Source: Isosphaeraceae bacterium (GTDB taxonomy: Bacteria; Planctomycetota; Planctomycetia; Isosphaerales; Isosphaeraceae). Taken from it: a stretch of DNA of 64,000 nucleotides. Shown here piece by piece: positions 39,735 through 49,760 of the stretch; position 1 is the stretch's first letter; the number at the start of each line of letters is the position of its first letter. The DNA lies in the NCBI GenBank assembly GCA_965201075.1, contig CBDAVP010000016.1:124001-188000 (forward strand), read 5' to 3'. Under the pieces are notes generated by a model. It had not been told where the DNA came from. It was given only the letters and a program-made list of their open reading frames with translations, and did not search any database. The translations under genes and the position numbers were made by a program.

Positions 39735-40748
39735 GTGATTGTCGTGATGAAGACCGACGCGACCGCCGACCAGATCAACCACATGGAGGGCCAGATCCGC
39801 GCCCTCGGCCTGACCCCCCAACTCATTCGGGGAACTCACCAAAGCGTCATCGCCGCGCTGGGCGAAGAGCGTCCCGGTCTGGTCGAGGCCCTGGAACCGG
39901 GCGATGGGGTCGAGAAAGTCCTGCCGATCATGGCCCCCTACAAGCGGGCCTCGTCGGAGCTGAAGTCCGAGCGGACCGTTGTCCAGGCCCGGGGCCTGAG
40001 CGTCGGCGGCAACAAGGTCGCGGTCATTGCCGGCCCCTGTTCGGTCGAGAGCGAGGAGCAGATCGTCAAGATCGCTCAGATCCTCAAGGAGATGGGGGCC
40101 CAGGGGTTGCGCGGTGGCGCCTACAAGCCCCGGACCAGCCCGTACAGCTTCCAGGGGCACAAGGAAGCGGGTCTCAAGATGCTGGCGGCGGCGCGGGACG
40201 CCACCGGGTTGGCGATCGTCACCGAGGTCATGGCGCCCGAGCACGTCCCCCTGGTGGCCAAGTACGCCGACGTCCTCCAGATCGGCGCCCGCAACATGCA
40301 GAACTACCAGCTGCTTCAGGCCGTGGGCGAGTCCGGCCGCCCGGCGCTGTTGAAGCGGGGCATGAGCGCCACGATTGATGAGTTTCTGCTGGCCGCCGAG
40401 TACATCCTGGATCGCGGCAACCCTGACGTGATGCTCTGCGAACGGGGCATCCGCACCTACGAGGAGCACACCCGGTTCACCCTGCCGCTGGCGACGGTCC
40501 CCTACCTCCAAGAAAAGAGCCACCTGCCGGTCGTGGTCGACCCCTCTCACGGAACCGGCAAGGCCAAACTGGTGCCGCCAATGAGCAAGGCCGCCGTGGC
40601 CGCCGGCGCCGATGGGCTGATCATCGAGGTTCACGAGGACCCCGAACGCGCCGCCAGCGACGGCTCGCAAACGATCAACCCGGCCACTTTCGCCCAGTTG
40701 ATGACCCAGTGCCGACGAATCGCCGAGGCCGTGGACCGAACGCTTTGA
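39735..40748 (+). CDS. aroF: DAHP synthase (type I-beta, with N-terminal regulatory domain)
   Basis: GGAGG then [38 protein letters not shown]. Confidence 0.96.
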   Translation: MIVVMKTDATADQINHMEGQIRALGLTPQLIRGTHQSVIAALGEERPGLVEALEPGDGVEKVLPIMAPYKRASSELKSERTVVQARGLSVGGNKVAVIAGPCSVESEEQIVKIAQILKEMGAQGLRGGAYKPRTSPYSFQGHKEAGLKMLAAARDATGLAIVTEVMAPEHVPLVAKYADVLQIGARNMQNYQLLQAVGESGRPALLKRGMSATIDEFLLAAEYILDRGNPDVMLCERGIRTYEEHTRFTLPLATVPYLQEKSHLPVVVDPSHGTGKAKLVPPMSKAAVAAGADGLIIEVHEDPERAASDGSQTINPATFAQLMTQCRRIAEAVDRTL

Positions 40749-40762
40749 AGCGCGGCATCGTC

Positions 40763-40797
40763 AACAAAGAACCCCCTCCCGACTAGGGAGGGGGTTC
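40763..40797 (-). terminator. intrinsic terminator between convergent genes
   Basis: GAACCCCCTCCC-GACTA-GGGAGGGGGTTC stem; TTTGTT tail on the minus strand. Confidence 0.65.
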
Positions 40798-40839
40798 GTC
40801 GCAAGCAAGTTCTGGAAAAGACGGACCGGACCGTCGGCA

Positions 40840-42340
40840 TCACCCACCGTAATTTTCGGCGATCCAGGCGCCCCAGGCGGTGTCGAAGTCGGCCCGCTTC
40901 ATTCCCCAAAGGTCATCCAGGCCGGCGTCGAGCTTGTCGCCCCCGGCCATCATTCCCTGGACGAAGGTGGGGAACAGGTCGGACTGCGACTTGGCCAGCC
41001 ACTCGGTCAGGCTGAACCCGCCGGCGCGGAGCTTCTGAGCATCCAGGCCGTCGCCCAAAACTCCGTTGGCCTGCTCGGCCCAGTTCGTCTGGTACATCTC
41101 GAAGGCATTCCCGCGCAACTGGCGGTAGTAGGCGTTGCGGGGCTCGATGCGGGAAGCGAACAGGGCGCCCAGCCCCGAACGGAGCCAGCGAGGGGCGCGG
41201 GACGCGGCCGTCGGGGCGAGCGCTCCGCCGACCAGTTGCTCGGTGAGCATCGCCGTGAGGTTGCGGTCAATCGTGCCGAACGCTTTCATCCCGACTCCGC
41301 CCTTGGACCCTTTTTCCTTCTTCGATCCTGGCGTCTCCTCCTGGCCGCCCAGCGGGTCGGCCGCGGCGACGTAGGGGACCAGGTCGGCCAGGTTCGCCAC
41401 GGCGAGGGTTCCCTCGTCCAGCTCTCGCGATTTTCCAGGGACTCCGGGCGAATTCGACGAAGTTGTTGGTGTCATTGAAGACGTAGATGCTCAGTTTGAA
41501 GGGACCGTCCAGAGGGTGGGGAGGCTCGGTCGCCGAGGAATTTGCGGAGGCCCGTTCACCTGAGTCGTCCATCAACTTCTTCAGACGCCTCGGCTCGCGG
41601 TTTGGGCAGGTTGTGGAAGACGATGACCTTGCGTGCCGATCATCGGCTTCGGGCGGGGGCTCGAGCATGATCTTCTTCCAGCGGTCCATCGCCGCGTCGA
41701 TGACCCGCTTGTCGCGGTCGTTGGCGTTGAGCTTCGAGAGACCTGCCAGGCGGATGGCGTCGGGCGACATCGCGTAGGTGGTAATCAACGCCGAGGGTTC
41801 GCGGCCGGTGTCGAGCTTGGCCCCCGCCGCGATCCAGGCGGCGATGCGCTGGATGGTCGGGTCGCCAATGGTGACGTTGGCCGTTGGTGGCATCCGGGGC
41901 ATCTCGGCCCCTTTGATGCGCAGAATCAACGGGCTGGTGTCGGGCTTGCCTGGCTCGATCACCTTGCGGGTCGTCGAGCCGGACATTAGCCCCTTGTACG
42001 TCGTCAGGTCGAGGACGTGGGCCCGGTTGTTGGCGCTTTTGGGATCGTGACAGCCGATGCAGTTGCCCACCAGGACCGGGGCGACGTCTCGGGAAAAACG
42101 CGGGTTGGGGTCGTCAACGTCCGAAACCTTGGCACCCTCGGCCTTGGTTGCGTCGGCGCTGGTTTTCCCCTTCTTGGTCGATTTGCCCTTCTTTTTGGAC
42201 GCCTGAGCCAGCCGGACCTCGCGACCCGGTCCCGAAACCTCCTGGCTGTTCGCCAGTTGGTCGTGGGCCGCAAGCCCCAGACCCGCGATCAATGCCGACG
42301 CCAGCACGCACCGACCGATCCCGGCTCGTTTCTCGCCCAT
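40840..42340 (-). CDS. planctomycete cytochrome c domain protein (split by apparent indels)
   Basis: Signal peptide, FSRDVAPVLVGNCIGCH, RMPP, WIAAGA; C-terminal part in ORF 40840..41475; frame breaks near 41430-41640. Confidence 0.75.
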
Positions 42341-42434
42341 CTTGTGGCTCCGGCTCGACGATTCGGCAAGAACGGACCTAACGATTGTCGGCCATTGTCG
42401 CCACGCTTGCAAGCGTCCTGAAGGAATCCAGGAA

Positions 42435-43653
42435 TCACGGGGCAGGCCTGCGCGGCAGGGGCGCGGCGGGGGCCTCACCGACGGGCAACGCCGCATCCTG
42501 AACCTGCCGATCCAGCGCCCCCTGGGCGTCGTGCAGCGCCTGCCGGGTCGCCGACCCGATCGCCAGGCTTCGCTGCTTCAAGGCCGGGTCGATCCCTCCA
42601 AGTCCCAGACCCTCGACCATCTCGAAGATCGATTTCACCTGTGGGTCGTTCGCCAGGTCGTCGCCAGCGCCCGGCTTGATGTCGTCCGTCCGAAGGGTGG
42701 CCCCTTGTCGAAGCGACGGCTCCCAATGGTTGGCGCCGGAGCGAGTCCACAAGGTCGCCTCGACCCGCACCGCCGAAACATCGGCAGCGATTTCGAGGCT
42801 GGTGACGACCATTCCCCGCCGTCCTCGACCGGCCACCCCTCGGGCCTTTTCCAGCAACGGGTCGGGTTGGGCCTCATCGACGCCGCCCAGAATCCCTTTC
42901 AAGGCCCCGAGGGCATCCGGCAGCGCCGGCGGCTGACCCGGCACGCCCTCGGGGAGCACCAGTCCTTGATAGCGAATGAACCGCAAAGCCCGCTCGGTCT
43001 GGACCTCGGTCGCGGCCCGCCGGATCGCCCAGTGAGTGTCGCTCTCGGCCTCCAGGGGCAGCAAGTCATCGATCGAGGGCGTTTCGGTCCCTTCAGGCAG
43101 GAACCCCCGCCCCTGCACGCCTGCTTTCAACTCGGCCGGCGTCATCGACTCGACCCCCTTGAGACCCGACCGCCAGCCCAGCATCATCAGTCGTTCGAGA
43201 TCGGGGGAGGCGCGGACGAAGTCGCGGACCTCTCGGCGGTCGATCGTCACCTTCATCAGGCGGGGAACCGCCGGGCGCCGGCGGGGTCGGCCAGGCGTTC
43301 CAGCTCGGCGTCGATCCAGGAGACGACCGGATCGCCGTGGTCCTCGCCGCGTTCACTTTTCCAGGCTCGCAACCGAGCCACCCGCAAGGACTGGGCCCGC
43401 TTTTGCGATCGGTTCTCGGCCGTTCGCAGGGCATTCATCCGGGCCGCCGGAAGCGTCTTCTCGGCCCAGGCCCGGCCGACCACGACCGACACGGAGGTGC
43501 GCCTCTGGGGCGTCGACGACTCGGCCCAGTAGCTCCGATCCCTCTTTTCAGGACAACCCGGTCGGCGGCCGTGTCGGCGGGCGGGGGAAATGGCCCCGGG
43601 GTCGGCACCTGGGACCAGGAGGGCGAGACCCCATCGCCGAGGATGTGGACCAT
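42435..43653 (-). CDS. secreted hypothetical protein (split by apparent indels)
   Basis: Protein-like segments spread across ORFs 43435..43767, 43256..43681 and 42435..43256; GGAGG before ATG 43653. Confidence 0.55.
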
Positions 43654-43729
43654 GTCGCCCTCCGCCGTCGGCGTTGTACACTCTCGGCGGAACGCCATTG
43701 ATCGTACCCGAGCCGCATGGAGATCGAAC

Positions 43730-44308
43730 ATGGCCAGGATTCGCTGGGTCGAGGAATCGGCCGCCACGGGAGACGCCGCCGACGCCTACGACGAATGTGT
43801 TTCGCCGCGAACCCGGGCCGCCCGGCCATCCCGGGCATCCTCAAATGCTTCAGCCTCCGACCCGACTTCTTTCGGGACGTGGTCGCCTTCTCCAAACCGG
43901 GTCCACTTCCAGGGACGGCCACCTGACCCGCCGTCTCAAGGAGATGATCGTCCACCTATGTCTCGGCCCTGAATCGGTGTCCTTACTGAACTGGAAGCCA
44001 CGCCTTGTTCCTGCGGTCGCAGGAGCCCGACCCCGCATTGCTCGAAGCCCTGGCCCGTGGCGACCTTGATGGCGGCCCCCGTTTCGGAGGCGGAACGCGC
44101 CCTGCTGCATTTCGTCGCCAAGGTCACACAGCACGCCCACCGAACTACTGATGAGGATATCGAGGCCCTGCGAGGCCACGGGTGGACCGACCCCCAGGTC
44201 GCCGAGTGCGTCTACATCATGGCGCTGTTCGCCTTCTTCAACCGAGTGGCCGACGCCTTCGGACTTGACGACCCCACCGGCCTGGCCCCGCCGCTTACTT
44301 CTCCATGA
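43730..44308 (+). CDS. AhpD/carboxymuconolactone decarboxylase-like peroxidase, candidate selenoprotein
   Basis: Manual reconstruction across five frame breaks: MARIRWV..LTRRLKEMI(A)TYVSALNRCPY[TGA]TGSHA..ERALLHFVAKVT..LRGHGWTD..ALFAFFNRVADAFG. Confidence 0.75.
44008..44025 (+). promoter_or_regulatory. SECIS-like hairpin
   Basis: TTCCTGC-GGTC-GCAGGAG; loop starts 25 nt after the TGA at 43987-43989. Confidence 0.55.
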
Positions 44309-44391
44309 TCGACCTGATCTCCCAATGCAACCGAGACCCTCTCGCCCGCCGCCGAGGCCCCTGGCTGGGCCTCGGCGGCCATCGATTCGGA

Positions 44392-45242
44392 TCAGGCCCG
44401 CCGTCTTCGACTGACCAGGGCCATCCCGACCAAACCGCCCACGACGAGGGCGAGGCTCGTCGGCTCGGGCCACGGCCGCGTGGAGCACGCCGACCCCGTT
44501 GAGGTCGAAGCCGCCTGAGTTGAACGGCGTCTTGAACGGGACCGTTAATCAGGTTGCCCAGCGAGTCGCGAGTCCCATAAAGGGGGTCGATCGACCCAAC
44601 GACATCGGTGATTTTGACCTGGGTGATGTTGTTGACATTCAGAAGAGGCGACACCCCCACCAACTCGGAAAGGTCGAAGGGCGTTCCATATCCGGCAGTA
44701 TACTTACCGGCCAGGTCGTAAAGGTAACTCGCATCCAGCAGCCCGAAGCCGCCGACCTGCGTTTGGGTCTGAGTGAGTGAGACCGCGGGGAACTCGAAGA
44801 AGTGAACCCCGTCGGAGGAAACCGAGACCGTCGCCAGCTCGAGGTAGGCCAGCCCGGACCCTCCCGAACCGAAACCATTCTCGAACACCGCGAAGTCAGC
44901 GCCGGCGCCGTTGACGATCGGCGAGGAGAACCCAAGGATGATCGAGCCGCCGTCGCCCAGCGAGACCAAGCCGTTCGTGGCATTGCCGGAGCCCGACCCG
45001 AGGGCGTTGGACGGCGAACCGAAGCTGACCAGGGGGCTGTTGGGATCGGTGATGTCCTGCGGACCCCTTGTGATCGAGAGAACCGACGAGGCCCATTCCT
45101 GGAAGAGTGGGCTGGTCTTGGCGATGGCGTCCTGGGCGCCGGCACCGACCTGGGGATCATACGGGCCGCTCTGAACTCTTGCGGGCGTGGCGGCCAGGGC
45201 GAACAGGCCCATGACGAGGGCCGAGGTGATCTGACGTCTCAT
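44392..45242 (-). CDS. PEP-CTERM cell-surface protein (two apparent indels near the C-terminus)
   Basis: Signal peptide; LVSLGDGGSIILGF..NGAGADFAVFENGF; shifted frames give GGFDLNGVGVLHAA-VPEPTSLALVVGGLVGMALVSRRRRA*. Confidence 0.8.
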
Positions 45243-45356
45243 CTCATGGTCTCCAGACAGAAAACGGGGTGGTGACGAACGCGCGGACCTTCCACGGGCT
45301 CCGCTCACGAGTTGATGAGGGGAGACACGAGACATTCGAGAATGGGGACGACTCGA

Positions 45357-46271
45357 TTAGCGACCCGCGGCCCCTCGACGACGCCGGCGGGCGCCGGACA
45401 ATCCCGCGATCCCCAACCCGGCCAGGGCGAGCACCATGCTCGAAGGCTCGGGGACCGCCGAAGGGCTAAGGGTCAGGTCGTCCATCGCGAAGTAGAGCGG
45501 GGTGTTCAGGCCGATCGGGCCGGAGTCCGACGAGTCGAAGCCGAAGCCGAGGCTCCGCGAACCGGCCAGCGGGGTCAGGACAACCAGGGTCCAGACGTCG
45601 ACCGGGAGCGAGTCGGCCGAGATGTAGTTCGCCAGGTAGAAGTCGACCTCGCCGACGATCGAGCCCGTGCCGTTCACGCCCGTGTATCCGAGGATCTGCA
45701 ACTTCAAATAGTCGCCGTCGGTGAACTTCTTGCCGAAGCCGTCGCCATTGAGCATCGACAGGTAGGTGTAGGTGGAATTGGTCACTTCCAAAGAAACCGG
45801 CGACAGTCCCTTGGGGAGGTCGATGAACGAGCTCGGAGCGCCGTCGGTGATGGAACCGTTGATGGTGTGGTCGTCAAAGGAGATACCGTAGTTGCCCGAG
45901 CCGCCGTACCCGCTCCCGGTGACGGCGGCGAACTGGTGGAGGTAGTCGCTGGTATCGGGGAAGGGATCGGTTTTCGTCTTCGTGGCGTCCGTCACGTTGG
46001 AATAGCCCCAGCCGGCCCAGGAGTTGTAGGTGGTGTCATAGGAGTTGTGGAAGACGACACCGTTCGAGGTGAAACCGCCTTTCAGGTCCCAGCCGTTGTC
46101 GTAACTGCCACCGCCCGGCGCGGGGCCCGGCGGGAAATTCTCGCCCGGGTCGAACGACCCGTTCGGGTAGCCCAGTTCTTCGAAGTCAACCACGGTGTCG
46201 CCCCGGGCGGCCGGGACGGCCAGGCCCATCGCGAGGCCGAGCAGGGTTGCGAAACGTCTTGGAAAATTCAT
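45357..46271 (-). CDS. DUF4465-like protein with PEP-CTERM anchor
   Basis: [59 protein letters not shown]. Confidence 0.85.
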   Translation of the reverse strand: MNFPRRFATLLGLAMGLAVPAARGDTVVDFEELGYPNGSFDPGENFPPGPAPGGGSYDNGWDLKGGFTSNGVVFHNSYDTTYNSWAGWGYSNVTDATKTKTDPFPDTSDYLHQFAAVTGSGYGGSGNYGISFDDHTINGSITDGAPSSFIDLPKGLSPVSLEVTNSTYTYLSMLNGDGFGKKFTDGDYLKLQILGYTGVNGTGSIVGEVDFYLANYISADSLPVDVWTLVVLTPLAGSRSLGFGFDSSDSGPIGLNTPLYFAMDDLTLSPSAVPEPSSMVLALAGLGIAGLSGARRRRRGAAGR

Positions 46272-46852
46272 GAGCGGCTCCTGGAGGAATCGGTACCAAA
46301 GCGGTCCGACGAGACGACCTCGCCCATCGCTCGGGTGCGGAGCGCGGCGAGAGGGACGACGTGGGTCGAGTTGCCGAGGACGTGGACCGACCCATCGGCG
46401 AACAGGACGTTGACGCCGCCCGGGTGCTGGCTGGTCAACGCCTCGCCGACCTGGATCGTCCGCGAGGCGCCATCGGTCATCTGGCCCAGGCCGAGGCCCT
46501 GGCGAATGAGTTTGGTGGGGAAGCCGAAGTTCCACCCATTGAGGACGGCGTTCCGCTCAACCCCGGGCAGGCCGGCGTCCGACAATTCCATGTTCATATT
46601 ATAGGTCGATGGCTGCCCCGGAACCGCGACCCAGTCCACGGCGGGGAAGGTCGGATTCGCGTCGTGATCCCCGTGCGGGGCAATGCCGATCCGCTTCAGA
46701 GGATGGAAGCGGGAGACTCGCCTCGCGGCCTCGCGAGCGGCCTGCACGGCGGGCAGGAGGAGTGCGATCCGGACCGCGAGGAACGCGATCACGACCAGCC
46801 ACTCAATCAACGTGAACCCGCGGCCAGCGCGGGTTCGGGGGCGGGGACGCAT
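46268..46852 (-). pseudogene. degenerate, internally shortened DUF1559 prepilin-type protein
   Basis: [34 protein letters not shown] with non-conservative changes; [14 protein letters not shown] retained; only 194 aa. Confidence 0.6.
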
Positions 46853-46981
46853 CGCGGAGCAGACCTTACCGCCGGGACGGGCGAAAAGGGTCCGGCTCAG
46901 GCCCCCTCCGGCACGTGGCGCATCAGCAGACAGTCTGCGAGCGGCCCGCCCGGATGCTCGTGGCCGGAGCATCGAACAGAA

Positions 46982-47155
46982 CTCGACGGGCAGGTCTTCT
47001 GGCTCTCGGCTCGTAACGGACCCGGGTCGCCTTCCCGCCTTGCGGCAGTGGCCTCTGACCCGGGACCTGGCCGATTACAGCGGCGGCCCCGCGACGGATT
47101 CTCACCGTCTTCCCTATTCTCCCCCGAGCCTTGCGGACCGGGGGCACCTGTCGAG
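46982..47155 (-). ncRNA. cobalamin (B12) riboswitch
   Basis: Minus strand AGGTGCC..AATAGGGAAGACGGTGAGAATCCGTCGCGGGGCCGCCGCTGTAA..GCCACTG..GGGAAGGC..GAGCCAGAAGACCTGCC (B12 box); P1 CTCGAC/GTCGAG. Confidence 0.95.
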
Positions 47156-47317
47156 GTCGGTCATTAAAATCGTCCGCGCGACCCGATGTCAAGTGCCTGG
47201 TCGTTCATTCGAGTCCCATCGACTTCTTGAGCATGGCCGGTGATGATTGGCCTGGATGCGATCCCCTCGTGACGGGGCCATCGGTCGCGGTCGCACCCTG
47301 TCCGAATGGCGTCGCTT

Positions 47318-47995
47318 ATGATTGACCTGGTCCCCCTGGGTGATCGTGCCTACCTCGCCCGCTTCCCCAACGAGGCCGACGCCCGTCGCTGGGCCTCGGC
47401 CGTCGAGGCATCGCGAGTCGTCGCCGAGGTCGTCCTCGCCTACCGGTCGGTCGGCGTCTACCTTGATCCCTCTCACCCCGATTTCGACCAGGTCGAGGGC
47501 CGTCTCCTGGCCATCCCCGTCCCGCGAGCGAGCGAGGAAGCCACCTCGGGCCCGCTGGTCCGCCTGCCGGTGGTCTACGATGGCGAGGACCTGGAGGACG
47601 TGGCGAGGCGGCTCGGGCTGACGGCCGAGGCGGTGATCGCCGCCCACTCGGACCCAACCTATGACGTCTTCGCCGTGGGATTCCTGCCGGGCTTCCCCTA
47701 TGCCGGGTATCTGCCCGAGACCTTGAGCGGCCTGCCTCGTCGTGAGGTGCCTCGGGTTCGAGTGCCGGCCGGTTCGGTGGCGATCGCCGGACGGCAAACC
47801 GGGGTGTATCCTCGGGAGTCGCCCGGCGGTTGGCACCTGATCGGCCGGACGGTCGTCCCCCTGGCCGACCCCGAGGTTGACGTCTTTCCGATCCGCGCTG
47901 GCATGAGGATCGCGTTTCAACCAGTCCCGGCCGAGGCGTTCCCAGCGTGGCAGGACGAGTTTCGCCAGTTCCACGGGCTGTCGAGCAAGAGGTGA
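47318..47995 (+). CDS. pxpB: 5-oxoprolinase subunit B
   Basis: PLGDRA, GFLPGFPY, VPAGSVAIAG, YPRESPGGWHLIGRT. Confidence 0.9.
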   Translation: MIDLVPLGDRAYLARFPNEADARRWASAVEASRVVAEVVLAYRSVGVYLDPSHPDFDQVEGRLLAIPVPRASEEATSGPLVRLPVVYDGEDLEDVARRLGLTAEAVIAAHSDPTYDVFAVGFLPGFPYAGYLPETLSGLPRREVPRVRVPAGSVAIAGRQTGVYPRESPGGWHLIGRTVVPLADPEVDVFPIRAGMRIAFQPVPAEAFPAWQDEFRQFHGLSSKR

Positions 47996-47998
47996 TCC

Positions 47999-48709
47999 AT
48001 GAGCAAGGGTCCATCCATTGACCTCAACGCCGATCTGGGCGAAGGGTTTCCCCATGACGCTGAGTTGCTCGGGCTGGTGACATCGGCCAGCATTTGTTGC
48101 GGAGCCCACGCGGGCGATCCGGGGTTGATCCGCTCGACCTTGCGGGTGGCTCGGGAAAAGGGGGTCGTCGTGGGGGCCCACCCCGGCTACCCCGACCGCG
48201 AAGGCTTCGGCCGTCGCGAGATGGTCATGTCGGCCGAACGGGTGGAAGACCTGATCCGTTCGCAGTTGGCCGACCTTCGACGCCTGGCCGACGCCGAGGG
48301 AGTGGCCGTTCGCTTCCTCAAGCCTCACGGAGCCCTGTATAACCAGGCCCAGCGCGACTCGACGCACGGGGCGGGCGTCCTTGCCGCGGCGAGAGGGCTG
48401 AACCTGCCGGTGGTCGGGCTTCCCGGAACCCCCCTGGCGAAGAACGCCGAGGCCGCGGGAGTCCGGTTCCTGGCCGAAGGGTTCCCGGAACGTCGCTACC
48501 GGCCCGATGGTTCGCTGGTCCCCCGCTCCGAGCCCAACGCCGTGCTGGACGACCCGGCCGAGGTGGACGCCCAGCTCTCCCGGCTGGTCAAGGGCGGGGT
48601 CGCCACCCTTTGCATCCACGGCGATGCCCCCAAGGCCGTCGAATGGGCCAACCGAGTGCGTGCCAGCCTTCAGAAAGACGGGATCGCGGTCCGGCCGTGG
48701 ACCAACTGA
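47999..48709 (+). CDS. pxpA: 5-oxoprolinase subunit A (LamB/YcsF)
   Basis: IDLNADLGE, CGAHAGD, GAHPGYPDREGFGRR, KPHGALYN, CIHGD. Confidence 0.95.
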   Translation: MSKGPSIDLNADLGEGFPHDAELLGLVTSASICCGAHAGDPGLIRSTLRVAREKGVVVGAHPGYPDREGFGRREMVMSAERVEDLIRSQLADLRRLADAEGVAVRFLKPHGALYNQAQRDSTHGAGVLAAARGLNLPVVGLPGTPLAKNAEAAGVRFLAEGFPERRYRPDGSLVPRSEPNAVLDDPAEVDAQLSRLVKGGVATLCIHGDAPKAVEWANRVRASLQKDGIAVRPWTN

Positions 48710-49650
48710 GCGGCCGTTGCGGCCTCCGGGTCCTCCGAGCGGGACTCTTCGACTCGATCCAGGCCCCGGCCACGGTCGGCCGGCGGGCGTTTGGCGTGCC
48801 GCCGGGTGGTCCGTTCGACCTTCCCGCTCACGAACTGGCCAACGCCCTGCTCGGCAACCCGCCCGAGTCCCCGGCCCTCGAACTGACCGGCCTGGGGGGA
48901 CATTACGAGGCGACGGGCCCGCTGGCGATCGCCCTGGCCGGCGCCCCGATGATTGTGAACCTCGAACGCGCCGATGGACGTCGCGAGCGGATCGTCATCC
49001 CCCAAAGCGTCCCCCTCGGGCCCGGCGATCGGCTGGATTGCGGCGCGACCGCCCGGGGGCTGCGGACCTCCCTGGCGGTTCTCGGCGGCTGGGGGGGAGC
49101 TTCCGTCCTGACTCGTCCGCTCCGCCAAGGCGATTTCGTACCCGCCCAGCCAGGCCGGATCGCGTCTCGGAGACTTCGCCCCGACGGGGGTGACTTCGAC
49201 GGGCCGATCCGCATCCTACCCGGCCCCGACGCCCCGGCCGAACCGATCCCCTGGAGCCTGCTGGATTTCCGCGTGCGAGCCGACAGCAACCGGATGGGCC
49301 TGCGGCTGGCCGGTCCTCGGCTGGATCATCCGGCGGACCCCGATCGGCTTTCGGCTCCAGTTGGGCCGGGGGCCATTCAACTCGCGGCGGGGTGTTGGAT
49401 CGTCCTGGGCCCCGACGGCGGCACGATGGGGGGTTACCCGCATGTCGCTCACGTCATTTCGGCCGACCTCGCGAGGCTGGCCCAGGCCCGTCCAGGAGAT
49501 ACGATCCGTTTCACATCCCGCACGCTGGGCGAGGCCCGGCAACTCGACCGGGACGACCGCGGCGAGAGGGCCTCACGGCTCTTGTTGCTGCGGGCCGCCG
49601 TCGCCGACGGGGGCTTCGTCGGCGTCAACGAGTTTTGCGCGAACCATTGA
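48697..49650 (+). CDS. pxpC: 5-oxoprolinase subunit C
   Basis: FGVPPGGPFD, ANALLGN, SNRMGLRL, GTMGGYP, LAQARPGD. Confidence 0.88.
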   Translation: MDQLSGRCGLRVLRAGLFDSIQAPATVGRRAFGVPPGGPFDLPAHELANALLGNPPESPALELTGLGGHYEATGPLAIALAGAPMIVNLERADGRRERIVIPQSVPLGPGDRLDCGATARGLRTSLAVLGGWGGASVLTRPLRQGDFVPAQPGRIASRRLRPDGGDFDGPIRILPGPDAPAEPIPWSLLDFRVRADSNRMGLRLAGPRLDHPADPDRLSAPVGPGAIQLAAGCWIVLGPDGGTMGGYPHVAHVISADLARLAQARPGDTIRFTSRTLGEARQLDRDDRGERASRLLLLRAAVADGGFVGVNEFCANH

Positions 49651-49760
49651 CCTTGCCGGTTGCGGAGGATTTGGCTATTTCCTGCGACTCGCACGTCCCC
49701 CGGGCTTGTGGGTCAGGAAACCCCGACGCCCTCCCAGGAACCCAGGTCGAGACCAGCCCG

